Shown: positions 46,797 through 56,918, numbered from the stretch's first letter. The stretch: DNA of 64,000 bases from an uncultured Solirubrobacteraceae bacterium (GCA_964588985.1 CAZPQW010000003.1:1-64000), one strand, 5' to 3'. The notes: a model not told the origin generated them from the sequence alone. Program-made: numbers and translations.

Positions 46797-48029
46797 ATGG
46801 CGGCAGTGGGCAGCGATCTCGACGAGGTGCTCGTAGGCGAGCGCGAGCACTGGCAGGATGGCCCGCCGCACGAGCTGTTCGCGCGCATGAGGGGCGAGTG
46901 CCCGGTGCACTGGACCGCCCGCGTGACCGAGTACCCGACCGAGGCCGGGTTCTGGTCGGTGACCACGGCCGATGATGTCCACACGGTCAGCCGCGACTGG
47001 AAGACGTACTCCTCCGAGCTCGGCGGGATCACAGCCGTCTCCGAAGTCTTCCCGCTCGAGCTGACGCGCGCGATGTTCATTGGGATGGACCCGCCGAAGC
47101 ACGACCGCATCAAGGCGCTCTTTCAGGCCGGCTTCACGCCCAAGCGGATCGCCGACCACGAGCAGGCGATCAGGGAGATCGTGAGGGACGTGCTCGACAA
47201 GCTCGAGGGCCGCGACACGTGCGACCTCGTCGCCGACATCGCCCAGCCGGCCGTCTCTCGGGTGATCGGCAGCTTCATGGGGATCCCCAGGGAGGACGAT
47301 GCGGTGTGGGCGAGCCTGATGAACTCCGCGCTCGGCGCCGGCGATGTCGACCTCAACCCGGGCGGCATCGACGACGTCCTGCAGAAGGACATCCCCGAGA
47401 TCTTCGAGCGCTGCAGGAAGCTGATCGCCGAGCGCCTCGAGAACCCGACGGACGATCTCACGAGCGTGCTGGTGCACGCGGAGGTCGACGGGCAGAAACT
47501 GGAGGAACACGAGATCGTGATGGGCTTCTTCCTGCTCGTGGCCGCCGGCAACGACTCCACCAAGGCGACCTACTGCAGCGGGATGCGCGCGCTGATGGAA
47601 GACGGCGAGCAGATGCGGCTGTTGCTCGAGGACCCGTCGCTCGTGCCTGATGCGGTGGAGGAGTCGCTGCGGATGTTTCCCGCGTTCGCGCACTTCCGCC
47701 GCACCGCGACGTGCGACACGGAGCTGCACGGGCAGGAGATCAAGGAGGGCGAGAAGGTGGTCATGTGGTACGTGTCCTCCAACCGTGACGAGACGCGCTA
47801 CGAGGACCCGAACCGCTTCGACCTGCGACGCAAGGCGGAGCACCAGGCATTCGGCGCCGGCGGGCGGCACTTCTGCCTCGGCACCGCGCTCGCGCGCCTC
47901 GAGCTGAAGGTGATGATCGAGGAAACACTCGCGCGCTTCCCGAACATGCGGCTCGCGGGAACACCGACGTACGTCGAATCGCCGTTCATCAATCAGCTCA
48001 AGACGCTGCCTGTTCGGCTTGTACACTAG
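46797..48029 (+). CDS. Cytochrome P450 (CYP124/125/142-like)
   Basis: MDPPKH, AGNDST, EESLR, FRRTAT.D.E, FGAGGRHFCLG. Confidence 0.93.
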   Translation: MAAVGSDLDEVLVGEREHWQDGPPHELFARMRGECPVHWTARVTEYPTEAGFWSVTTADDVHTVSRDWKTYSSELGGITAVSEVFPLELTRAMFIGMDPPKHDRIKALFQAGFTPKRIADHEQAIREIVRDVLDKLEGRDTCDLVADIAQPAVSRVIGSFMGIPREDDAVWASLMNSALGAGDVDLNPGGIDDVLQKDIPEIFERCRKLIAERLENPTDDLTSVLVHAEVDGQKLEEHEIVMGFFLLVAAGNDSTKATYCSGMRALMEDGEQMRLLLEDPSLVPDAVEESLRMFPAFAHFRRTATCDTELHGQEIKEGEKVVMWYVSSNRDETRYEDPNRFDLRRKAEHQAFGAGGRHFCLGTALARLELKVMIEETLARFPNMRLAGTPTYVESPFINQLKTLPVRLVH

Positions 48030-48091
48030 ATAAAAGCCCGATTGTCCGACTCGGTCAGCAGAGTTGCCCGGGTTGCGCTTACGATCCGGCG

Positions 48092-48664
48092 GTGCCAAGC
48101 GGTCCGGAATTGCAAACAGAGCGTCTCCGTCTGCGTCCATGGCGGCGCGAGGACCGTGTGCCGTGGGCGCTGATGAGCGCGGACCCGCTCGTCATGGAGC
48201 ACTTCCCCGCAGTGCTCTCGGTCGCCGAGAGCGACGCGTTCGTCGAGCGGATGGAAGCGTGCTTCGAGGCGAACGGATTCGGGCTGTGGGCCGTCGAGAT
48301 TCCGGGGGAGGCGCCGTTCGTGGGATGCGTCGGGCTCCTACCCGTCGACATCGAAGCCCACTTCACGCCCGCTATCGAGATCGGCTGGCGCCTCGCACCC
48401 GCCTTCTGGGGGCGTGGGATCGCCACCGAGGCGGCCACCGCGGCGATCAGCTTCGGCTTCGACGAGATGAGGCTGCGGAGCATCGTCGCGTTCACCGCCG
48501 CCCGAAATCTGCCTTCGCGGCGCGTTATGGCGCGGCTGGGGATGCTGCGCGATCCTGCCGAGGACTTTCGGCATCCGGGGCTTCCGGCGGGACATGCGCT
48601 GGCGCCGCACGTGTTGTATCGGACCGATCCGGGGTTGTGGGACGCGCGGATGAGCGGGGATTGA
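48092..48664 (+). CDS. GNAT N-acetyltransferase (RimJ/RimL-like)
   Basis: TERLRLRPW, EIGWRL...WGRGIATEAA, N.PSRRVM.RLGM. Confidence 0.9.
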   Translation: MPSGPELQTERLRLRPWRREDRVPWALMSADPLVMEHFPAVLSVAESDAFVERMEACFEANGFGLWAVEIPGEAPFVGCVGLLPVDIEAHFTPAIEIGWRLAPAFWGRGIATEAATAAISFGFDEMRLRSIVAFTAARNLPSRRVMARLGMLRDPAEDFRHPGLPAGHALAPHVLYRTDPGLWDARMSGD

Positions 48665-48904
48665 CTGAAGTCTCCGATCGTTTCACCTGTTGTCAGGTTG
48701 GTATCTACTGAAGTCTGGCGCGAACCTGTGCTGATGTGAGACGAGGGATGGGTCAAGGCTTCGCTGGTTCTGAAGACGGCACCTGCGGAAACTAGAAACG
48801 GTAGTCTCGCGAGAATTCGTAGTTTTCCAGCACTCAGGTTGATCCCTTCTGCCGGAAAACTGGGGCCCAGCTGAAGTTCGATGTTGATTCAGTAAAAACC
48901 CCCC

Positions 48905-48933
48905 TTGACGAGGATCTGGCCCTCTGGCAGATT
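48905..48933 (+). promoter_or_regulatory. Housekeeping-sigma-type promoter for the secreted-protein cassette
   Basis: TTGACG-N17-CAGATT. Confidence 0.5.
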
Positions 48934-49067
48934 CGCCCCACCGGAACGCACGACTGCAGTATGGGGAGCGGCGTTTTTGGTTCTCAATCTGTCGGCTCTA
49001 TGATGCTCTGTTCAGAAGAATTGAGTGCCATAGGTCGACGCACATACAACAAAAGGAGTAGTTTGAT

Positions 49068-49673
49068 ATGCGATTAGTAAAGGTGATTGGTGCCGCCCTG
49101 ACGGCCGTGTTCGCGTTCGGCGCGATAGTCGCAGCGGGAGCATCAGCGCATTCTTTCGTAGGCAGCTCACCGACACTGTTAGTCTTAGCCAAGAAAGATG
49201 TCGGGCTACAGGTCTTCAAGACCTTAGCTGGAACGCTTGAATGCGAAACCATAGAAGGACATGGCATTACACCGGCAACGCTCAAAACCTTAACGCAGAC
49301 AGTAACGGTTTCGTACAGGAACTGTGTTGCTACAGGCCAGAGCGAGCTCACCGGGAAACCAAACGAGCCAATTTTAGCTGAATATGAATTCAGCGCGGAC
49401 AACAGCGTAAAGATTTTGAAATTAATCTCCATCGTAGCAACCGTGTTCGGAGCCAAATGCACGATTGACGTTCCGGCGCAAGGACCCCTTACAACTATTA
49501 CTTATACAAACCCTAACAACAAAACAATCTTAGTTGCGGCAAACGTTTCAGAAATCGAATCAAAAGCGGTAGGTACCGGTTGCTTAGAGCAATACAGTAC
49601 TTCCAAAACCGGAACGTACGTCGGCAACAGTACGGTCGAAGCAGACGCGGGTGGGTCTATTCAGTGGGAATAA
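49068..49673 (+). CDS. Secreted beta-rich hypothetical protein with 4 Cys
   Basis: SD aaggag; signal peptide ...AAGASA; AT-rich codons; followed by a GC-rich hairpin region. Confidence 0.8.
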   Translation: MRLVKVIGAALTAVFAFGAIVAAGASAHSFVGSSPTLLVLAKKDVGLQVFKTLAGTLECETIEGHGITPATLKTLTQTVTVSYRNCVATGQSELTGKPNEPILAEYEFSADNSVKILKLISIVATVFGAKCTIDVPAQGPLTTITYTNPNNKTILVAANVSEIESKAVGTGCLEQYSTSKTGTYVGNSTVEADAGGSIQWE

Positions 49674-49918
49674 GTAGCATGACAACTGCGCGTTAGCTAA
49701 ATCGCGCGGGCGCTCGTCGGATGGGGACCGCCACAAACACGGGCCCCGTCCGTCGTGGCGTCGTCGGGCCGCGTTCGAGACAGCGAGCGCGGCGAGTTGT
49801 ATAACACCTTTGCAGAAGCTCATTCCGGACCATCTGGTCAATTCGGACGACCGATCTTGCCATAGGGCATTGGTTTGAACTACGGTCCTGGGCGAATTGG
49901 AGTACCTGGTCGGGTGCA

Positions 49919-52195
49919 ATGTTTGGGAGAGGAGTTGTGAAGATGGGAAGTGCATCTGGAAGTGGAGCTATGACATGGAGTCTTAATGTGAGCGTTTGTC
50001 AAGAGCTAGGACGCACGCGAAAAGTTGTAAGTATTCGTATCGGTTTGTGGGTACTAGCGGCGACGCTATGCCTGATTGGGATCGGCGGGATGGATTGGGG
50101 AGCTCAGCCTGCGAACGCTGCTGAATGTGCTAACGAATCATTGCGAGATGCTCAAGCCGCGACGTTCCTTCCTGACTGCCGGGCCTTCGAGCTGGTCAGT
50201 CCGTCGGAAGGTACTCCACATCTCCAGGGGGGCGAAAGTTTTCATCGCGGCGCGCGAGCGGCGACCGCGGGTGGCGGTATCGGATGGTTCTCGTTCTATC
50301 CGCTCTCAGGCTCTCTAGGAGGCGAGTCCTACAGTATTTCCACTCGAAAGTCGGATGGCTGGGCTACCGAACCAGTTGGGCCACGGCTCTCGCCGACGAC
50401 CAGCGCTTTCCCAGAATGCCGCCCAACGATGCTTTTTTCGGCTGATCTGTCCAAGACACTCCTTACAGATGGATTTGCCTCGCCAGGATCTGAACAGCAC
50501 GCCGTATATCAGTGCCCGGGCAATAATCCGGCGTTGGTGCCTGGAGAACCCGAAGGCTTTCAAAATGTGCTCGTCAGAGACAGCGCTAGTGGTTTGTACT
50601 CTCTCGCTAACATCACTCCGACAGGGGTGACACCAGGCGACGCATGGTTCCAGGGCGCCTCGGATGATTTCAGTCACGTGGTGTTCGAAGATGGGGCTAA
50701 ACTGATTGAATCCGCGCCTGTCGGCGCAAGCCTGTACGAGTGGGCATCCGGTGCTGTGAGCTTGGTAACCGTTTTGCCGAATGGCACACCGACCGTTGGC
50801 GTCTCTCCAAATGCCTTCCGGGGAGGAGCTTTCCCTGGTACAGCCCAGATCACCCATCCCGTGTCGGCCAATGGAACCCGAGTGGTGTTCGAAACTGAAG
50901 GAAAACTGTTTTTGCGCGAGAATGTCGAGCAGAAACAGGAAAGCGCTCGCGGTCTGGAAGGCAAATGTCTGGAAAGCGAAAAGGCGTGTACGGTTCAGCT
51001 CGACGTCTCTGAAGTTGGAGGTTCTGGGGGCGGCGGCTCCTTTCTGGCGGCCAATGCAAGCGACACCCGCATCTTCTTTACTGATAACGCCAACGCTAAG
51101 TTGACTGCCGATACGAATGCGGGTAGTGGCCAGCATCTTTATGAATATGATACGCATACGAGTCAACTTAATGATCTAACACCAGAGGGCGATCTCGGTC
51201 TCAATGGATTGAGCGGGATCAGTGATGACGGATCGTATTTGTACGTCGTGGCGCAAGCCGCGCTTATAGCGGGAGCGAACGCAGGCAGTCCCAATCTTTA
51301 CGTGTTCCATGAAGGCATACCGCAACTTATTGCGACCCTTTCAGCGAGCCAGGAAGACGCACGTGATTGGACGCTAAACGAACTCACGGCGCGGGTATCG
51401 TCAAATGGGCGCTACATCGGCTTTAACTCGACCGAACGGCTCACGGGATACGACAATACCCCTGCACGAGGCTTGGACTGCGAAATTGGCGGATTTACGG
51501 CGCCTTGTCTTGAGATATTTCTTTACGATGCGACTCAGAAGGAACTCCACTGCGTGTCGTGTTCTCCAGGTGGCGCGCGTCCGACGGCGCCTGCGGAACT
51601 CCCGCGAATCGAGGCATCAAGCGACAGCTGGGGACAGGGTTACCTAGAGCGTAACGTTGTTGATGACGGACGTGTCTTCTTTGATACCGCAAATCCCCTC
51701 CTTGTTGGGGCGGGGAATGACGTCAGCAACGTATATGAGTATGTGGGAGGGCATCTGAGCCTGATTTCGAGCGGGACGAGCGAAGCCAACTCGTTCTTCT
51801 ACGATGCGAGCTCAAGCGGCAGTGATATCTTCTTTGCCACGACACAACATCTGGTGCAGGGCGACACCGGTGATGGGATGCGTCTGTATGACGCGCGTGT
51901 TGAAGGTGGCTTTTCTGAACCAGAGGTTCCTGCCCCTTGTGGTGGCGAAGGTTGTAGGGCATCGGAAGGGGGCGTAGTCGCCTTGCCGCCTCTGCAGACA
52001 ACAGGTTTGCAGGACTCGGGGAATCTCCCGCTGCCAGAGCACACAGTGGCCGCGACACGTAGGCAGAAGTTTGAACGAGCGCTGCACGCATGCCAGCGGA
52101 GGAAGAGTAAGCGTAAGCGGGTTGTCTGCATGCGTCGTGCACGCAGGCGTTATGGAGCCCGTGCATCTGGCGCTATGTCTGGGGTTGGCAAGTGA
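49919..52195 (+). CDS. Secreted TolB/WD40-like beta-propeller protein with a Cys-pair polybasic tail (true start probably a little downstream)
   Basis: LPDCRAFELVSP, repeated S.DG/S.NG...F blades, YDARVEGGF, tail ERALHACQRRKSKRKRVVCMRRARRRY. Confidence 0.8.
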   Translation: MFGRGVVKMGSASGSGAMTWSLNVSVCQELGRTRKVVSIRIGLWVLAATLCLIGIGGMDWGAQPANAAECANESLRDAQAATFLPDCRAFELVSPSEGTPHLQGGESFHRGARAATAGGGIGWFSFYPLSGSLGGESYSISTRKSDGWATEPVGPRLSPTTSAFPECRPTMLFSADLSKTLLTDGFASPGSEQHAVYQCPGNNPALVPGEPEGFQNVLVRDSASGLYSLANITPTGVTPGDAWFQGASDDFSHVVFEDGAKLIESAPVGASLYEWASGAVSLVTVLPNGTPTVGVSPNAFRGGAFPGTAQITHPVSANGTRVVFETEGKLFLRENVEQKQESARGLEGKCLESEKACTVQLDVSEVGGSGGGGSFLAANASDTRIFFTDNANAKLTADTNAGSGQHLYEYDTHTSQLNDLTPEGDLGLNGLSGISDDGSYLYVVAQAALIAGANAGSPNLYVFHEGIPQLIATLSASQEDARDWTLNELTARVSSNGRYIGFNSTERLTGYDNTPARGLDCEIGGFTAPCLEIFLYDATQKELHCVSCSPGGARPTAPAELPRIEASSDSWGQGYLERNVVDDGRVFFDTANPLLVGAGNDVSNVYEYVGGHLSLISSGTSEANSFFYDASSSGSDIFFATTQHLVQGDTGDGMRLYDARVEGGFSEPEVPAPCGGEGCRASEGGVVALPPLQTTGLQDSGNLPLPEHTVAATRRQKFERALHACQRRKSKRKRVVCMRRARRRYGARASGAMSGVGK

Positions 52196-55100
52196 GCACG
52201 CGCGACTATCCCTATTTGGTTGAGTGTTGGAAGCGCGGAGAGGATATGGGTATGAAGGAACACGGCAGCAACAGAATTTACGAAAAAACGATCACGCGTG
52301 TTGGCCGCGGTATTGCGGTCGCTATAGCGGCTATCGTACTCGCATCGCTCGCGATGGTCATTGACGATTCGGCCGCACTGGCTGCCCAGGTCCACTCAGT
52401 ACTCTCGACCGAATTTGAAGCTGGTGGCGTGTTTCCACTCGGGCTGGCGGTGGATAACTCCTCAAGTGTGTCGACGGGTGATGTGTACGTCACCGACTTG
52501 TTTAGCGCCGGTGTGAAGAAGTTCGATGGATCCGGAGCGTATCTGCCGCCACCGATCACCGGCATTTCGGAAGCTGTCCCGTTCTCTGGCGGCTTCGGCT
52601 TTAGGGCGCAAAACGCAGTGGACGGGAGCGGTGATCTCTTTGTAGCCGACTCAGGTGCGCATGCCGTAGACGAGTTTGGTCCCATGGGCGAATACAGACC
52701 ACCGCAGATCGCGCTCCCCAATGGTGATGAACCAGTCGCTGTGGCAGTAGATGGATCTGGTAGTGTGATCATTGCGACCGCAAAGACTATTTATAAATAT
52801 GACCCAGGTATCTCGAAACTGAGCGTCTTTGCCGAAGAAGCAAGCGAAGGCGAATTCGGAGAAGTAGATGGCGTCGCGGTAGATGATAATCCCGCTAGTT
52901 CGGCGTTTGGTGACGTATACGTCACCGACAATGGGAGGGGCAGTGTCGATGTCTTCGACTCCACCGGGACGTATCAGTCACGGCTGACCGGGCCTCCAGG
53001 CGGCTCCTTTGGCTCGGTCTTCTTTTTCCGCGATGCGGTTGATCCAAAGACGGGTGATCTTTATGTGACCGGCGAAGGCGCGGTTGACGAGTTCGCTCCG
53101 ACGGGGACGTTCGTCTCCCGGATTGCGATCCCAGAAGGAGGGTCTGCAGCAAGCGTCGGGATAGATGCGAAGACGGGAGATCTGTACGTTGCAGATCTTG
53201 AACTCGGGCGAATTGACGTATTTGGGCCACTCATTACGATTCCTGACGTGAGTAGCGATCCCGCGTCTAGTGAGCAGACGACGAGCGCAACCGTGAACGG
53301 GCAGGTTGACCCCGCTGGAGGCAGTGATGTGACCTCGTGTGAGATCGAATACGGCACAACGGAATCGTATGGCGAAACGGCGCCGTGCTCTCCAGCGACG
53401 CCTTACTCAGGGGTGACCAAAGTGAGCACGAACGTTAGCGGGCTAGCCCCTGACACCGTATATCACTTTCGGCTTGTGGCACACAACGCGAACAATGTCA
53501 ATAGCGCCAGTAACGATGCGACGTTTGAAACGAGAGGGCCGGCTAGCATCGGCGAAGAGTCCGCGAGTAGTACCACGCAGACGAGTACACTGCTGCATGC
53601 TCATATTAATCCTCATGGTTTCGCGACGAAATATCGCTTCGAATATGGCACAACCACCGGATATGGTTTTAGCGTGCCTGTGCCTGATGCCGAAGTGGAA
53701 GCGAGCATGACGGAAAGGCCAGTTAGTGTGGAAGTCGTAGGTCTTGAGCTTAGTACTGAATACCATTACAGGTTCGTCGCGGAAAGTGAAGCAGGCGTCG
53801 TCGAAGGGCCCGATAGCACGTTCGTGACGACCCCAGCTGCTGCAGTCGAAGGCCTATCAGCGCTTGCTGATCCTCATGATGCGGTACTTAGGGCCAAGGT
53901 CGAAGATTTTGGCGCTCCGAGCGAATGTGTGGTGGAATACGTCACCGACGCGCGGTTTGTGAGCACTGGCTATTCTAGTCCAGCCGTTGCGGGGTGTAAG
54001 CCGCAGACTCTCGCTGGCGAAGGGCGGACGCTGCAGGCGATCGCCCGGCTGTCAGGACTGAGCGCGAACACGGTCTACCACTACCGGTATTTCATTAGGA
54101 ATGAATTTGGCGAAGCGCGAACTCCTGACGAACGGTTTGTCACGTTCGGGCTTGCGGCATTTGCGCTCGAAGCTAGCGACTCCGAAGCACATCCTTACAC
54201 ACAGGCGGGCGGGCATCCGTATATGCTCACCACGAACATCACCCTGAACACTAACGTCGACCACGTAGGGGGCGGGGAAGGGGCTGCAGGTACGGTTAAG
54301 GATATTCGCGTACATCTTCCAGCGGGCCTGATCGGTAACCCGCAGGCAGTACCGCAGTGCACCCGCTATGACTCCGAACGCCAGAACTGCAGCGCTGCCG
54401 CTGAGATCGGGCTCATGACGGTCAAGCTTATCGGTTATGGGGCCGAATCATTGACTGCGCCATTGTTCAATGTTGTGCCGCGGCGTGGTGTAGCGGCAGA
54501 GTTCAGTGCGCGCTTCAGCAAAGTCGCGAGCGCGTTTATCGTTGGTAGTGTGCGCACCGGGTTTGATTATGGCATCGACGCGGATAGCCTGAATATCGCC
54601 ACGGTCGAGCCTGTAGGGGGAGCCGAAGTGCGGATTTGGGGTGTTCCGGCGGATCCGAGTCACAATGATGAACGACACTGTCCGTCGGGCACTGAACAAT
54701 ATAAAGCGCCTCCGTGTGAAACCAATGCGCCGTTGCGTCCGTTCTTGACGAATCCGACGTCGTGTTCGGCAGAACCACTTGTGACAAGTGTTGAAGCGGA
54801 CACGTATCAGGCGCCAGGCGAGTTCGCGGAGCTTGACACAGCAATGCCAGGCATGACGGGCTGCGACCGCCTGCACTTCACACCCAGGATCTCGGTGCAG
54901 CCGGAAGCGAGCGCGGCTGATTCCCCTACTGGCTCGCATGTCGATCTTCATATCCCGCAGGAAGAAAGCGCTGCTGGTCTAGCGGAGGCCGACTTGAAGG
55001 ATGCGACGGTTGTGCTACCGAAGGGGTTGGCGGTCAATCCGGCGAGCGCGAACGGCCTGGCTGGTTGTTCTGAGGCTCAGATTGAACTGGACGGGCCGGC

Positions 55101-56811
55101 ACCGGCGAGTTGTCTGGATGCATCGAAGGTCGGGACTGTTGAACTGGTGAGTCCGCTTGTGAATCATCCGTTGCTGGGTGCGGTGTATATCGCGAAGCAG
55201 GGTAACGGTGGTCCGGGGCAGGGCTCGAACAAGTTCGGGTCGCTCATTGCTCTATATATTGCGATCGACGATCCGCAGACTGGTGTGGTCGTGAAGCTGG
55301 CGGGAAGGGTCACGCTCGACCCCGCGACGGGTCAGTTGACGACGACGTTCAACGAAAACCCGCAGCTGCCGTTTGAAGACCTTAAGCTGGACTTCTTCGG
55401 TGGTCCGCGTGCGGCACTCCAGACGCCAGCGGCGTGTGGCTCGTACACGGAAGGGAGCGCCTCATTTGCTTCGTGGGCTGAGCCTGGTGTGGCTGTGACT
55501 GCGGGTTTGCAGCCATTCGCTGTCACGTCTGGCCCTGGTGGCTCGCCGTGCCCCTCTGGTGCGTTCGCGCCGGGGTTCACGGCCGGTACCGAGTCGGGCC
55601 AGGCCGGAGCGTTCACGCCCTTCGCGCTGTCGTTCTCGCGTCAAGACGGCGAACAGGGTTTGAGTGGGCTTGAAGCGACGCTGGCTCCGGGCTTGTTGGC
55701 GAAGCTTGCTGGCGTCCCGCTGTGTGGCTCGACGGAAGCCGTGGCGGGGACGTGCCCCGCGGCGTCTGAGATCGGGACGGTGACGGCGGAGGCTGGTGCT
55801 GGCTCGGATCCGGTGTCGGTGAAGGGCCATGTGTATCTGACGGGCTCGTATAACGGCGGTCCATTTGGCGAGGTCGTCGAGGTCCCGGCGGTCGCGGGCC
55901 CGTTCAACCTGGGCACGGTCGTGGTGCGTGGCTCGATCCGGATCAACCCCACCACAGCACAGGCCACGGTCGTCTCGGATCCGTTCCCGACAATGCTCTC
56001 GGGTGAGGGCGCTGGTGTCCCGGTGACGCTGAAGCGGGTCTTGGTGACGCTCGACCGTCCAGGATTCACGTTCAACCCGACCGACTGCAACCAGCTTGCG
56101 GTTACCGGGAAGCTCACGGGTACGGGCGGCGCGAGCGCGTCGGTATCGGCGCCGTTCCAGGTCACCAACTGCGCGAAGCTTCCGTTCAAGCCGACGTTCT
56201 CGGTCTCGACGCAGGCTAAGAGCAGCAAAGCCGGTGGGGCGTCTCTGCGCGTGAAGATCACCTCCAGGTCGGGGCAGGCGAACCTGTCGAAGATCAAGGT
56301 TGCTCTGCCAAAGCAGCTCCCGTCGAGGTTCTCAACGCTTCAGAAAGCCTGTCTGGCGGCGGTGTTCGAAGCGAACCCGGCCTCGTGCCCCGCTGGGTCG
56401 CTGGTCGGGACCGCAAGAGCGGTAACGCCGCTGCTGAAGACCCCGTTCACGGGCCCGGCGTATCTGGTGTCGCATGGCAGCGCGGGGACCCCGGATCTCG
56501 AGCTGGTGCTTCAGAGCGAAGGTGTCACGCTGATCCAGGACGGCAAGACGAAGATCAAGAACGGCATCACCACGAGCACGTTCAATACGATCCCCGACGC
56601 GCCGATCTCCACGATCGAACTGACACTCCCAGAGGGCCCGCACTCGGCGCTCGCCAGCTTCCTAGCCCCGAAAGCGAAATACAGCATGTGCGGGCAGAAG
56701 CTCCTGATGCCGACCCAGATCACCGGCCAAAACGGCGCCTTCATCGAAAAGACCACAAAGATCGCCGTCGCGGGCTGCCCGAAGAAACACAAGGCCAAGA
56801 AGAAGGGCTAG
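52192..56811 (+). CDS. Very large secreted protein: NHL-like propeller, three FN3-like domains, four Cys-containing repeats, basic tail (start may be 52246 or 52252)
   Basis: AVD...GD.YV.D repeats; GL...T.YH[FY]R three times; four LP.GL...C / C...S.[IV]G units; ends GCPKKHKAKKKG. Confidence 0.85.
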   Translation: MSTRDYPYLVECWKRGEDMGMKEHGSNRIYEKTITRVGRGIAVAIAAIVLASLAMVIDDSAALAAQVHSVLSTEFEAGGVFPLGLAVDNSSSVSTGDVYVTDLFSAGVKKFDGSGAYLPPPITGISEAVPFSGGFGFRAQNAVDGSGDLFVADSGAHAVDEFGPMGEYRPPQIALPNGDEPVAVAVDGSGSVIIATAKTIYKYDPGISKLSVFAEEASEGEFGEVDGVAVDDNPASSAFGDVYVTDNGRGSVDVFDSTGTYQSRLTGPPGGSFGSVFFFRDAVDPKTGDLYVTGEGAVDEFAPTGTFVSRIAIPEGGSAASVGIDAKTGDLYVADLELGRIDVFGPLITIPDVSSDPASSEQTTSATVNGQVDPAGGSDVTSCEIEYGTTESYGETAPCSPATPYSGVTKVSTNVSGLAPDTVYHFRLVAHNANNVNSASNDATFETRGPASIGEESASSTTQTSTLLHAHINPHGFATKYRFEYGTTTGYGFSVPVPDAEVEASMTERPVSVEVVGLELSTEYHYRFVAESEAGVVEGPDSTFVTTPAAAVEGLSALADPHDAVLRAKVEDFGAPSECVVEYVTDARFVSTGYSSPAVAGCKPQTLAGEGRTLQAIARLSGLSANTVYHYRYFIRNEFGEARTPDERFVTFGLAAFALEASDSEAHPYTQAGGHPYMLTTNITLNTNVDHVGGGEGAAGTVKDIRVHLPAGLIGNPQAVPQCTRYDSERQNCSAAAEIGLMTVKLIGYGAESLTAPLFNVVPRRGVAAEFSARFSKVASAFIVGSVRTGFDYGIDADSLNIATVEPVGGAEVRIWGVPADPSHNDERHCPSGTEQYKAPPCETNAPLRPFLTNPTSCSAEPLVTSVEADTYQAPGEFAELDTAMPGMTGCDRLHFTPRISVQPEASAADSPTGSHVDLHIPQEESAAGLAEADLKDATVVLPKGLAVNPASANGLAGCSEAQIELDGPAPASCLDASKVGTVELVSPLVNHPLLGAVYIAKQGNGGPGQGSNKFGSLIALYIAIDDPQTGVVVKLAGRVTLDPATGQLTTTFNENPQLPFEDLKLDFFGGPRAALQTPAACGSYTEGSASFASWAEPGVAVTAGLQPFAVTSGPGGSPCPSGAFAPGFTAGTESGQAGAFTPFALSFSRQDGEQGLSGLEATLAPGLLAKLAGVPLCGSTEAVAGTCPAASEIGTVTAEAGAGSDPVSVKGHVYLTGSYNGGPFGEVVEVPAVAGPFNLGTVVVRGSIRINPTTAQATVVSDPFPTMLSGEGAGVPVTLKRVLVTLDRPGFTFNPTDCNQLAVTGKLTGTGGASASVSAPFQVTNCAKLPFKPTFSVSTQAKSSKAGGASLRVKITSRSGQANLSKIKVALPKQLPSRFSTLQKACLAAVFEANPASCPAGSLVGTARAVTPLLKTPFTGPAYLVSHGSAGTPDLELVLQSEGVTLIQDGKTKIKNGITTSTFNTIPDAPISTIELTLPEGPHSALASFLAPKAKYSMCGQKLLMPTQITGQNGAFIEKTTKIAVAGCPKKHKAKKKG

Positions 56812-56918
56812 AAGGCCCGAGCAAGCATTCCGAGATGGCACGGAGGGGGTTCGGCGCCGGGAGCTGCAACAGGTCGATGGCCTGTCCGCAGCGCCTCGGC
56901 GCCGACTACCCTCACCCC

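Noticed and set aside
44247-56811. Prophage or integrative element explaining the lower-GC region
   Set aside because: No integrase, transposase, phage structural genes or terminal repeats were seen
56812-56918. LexA box upstream of the SRAP gene
   Set aside because: No GAAC-N4-GTTC match found despite the family name
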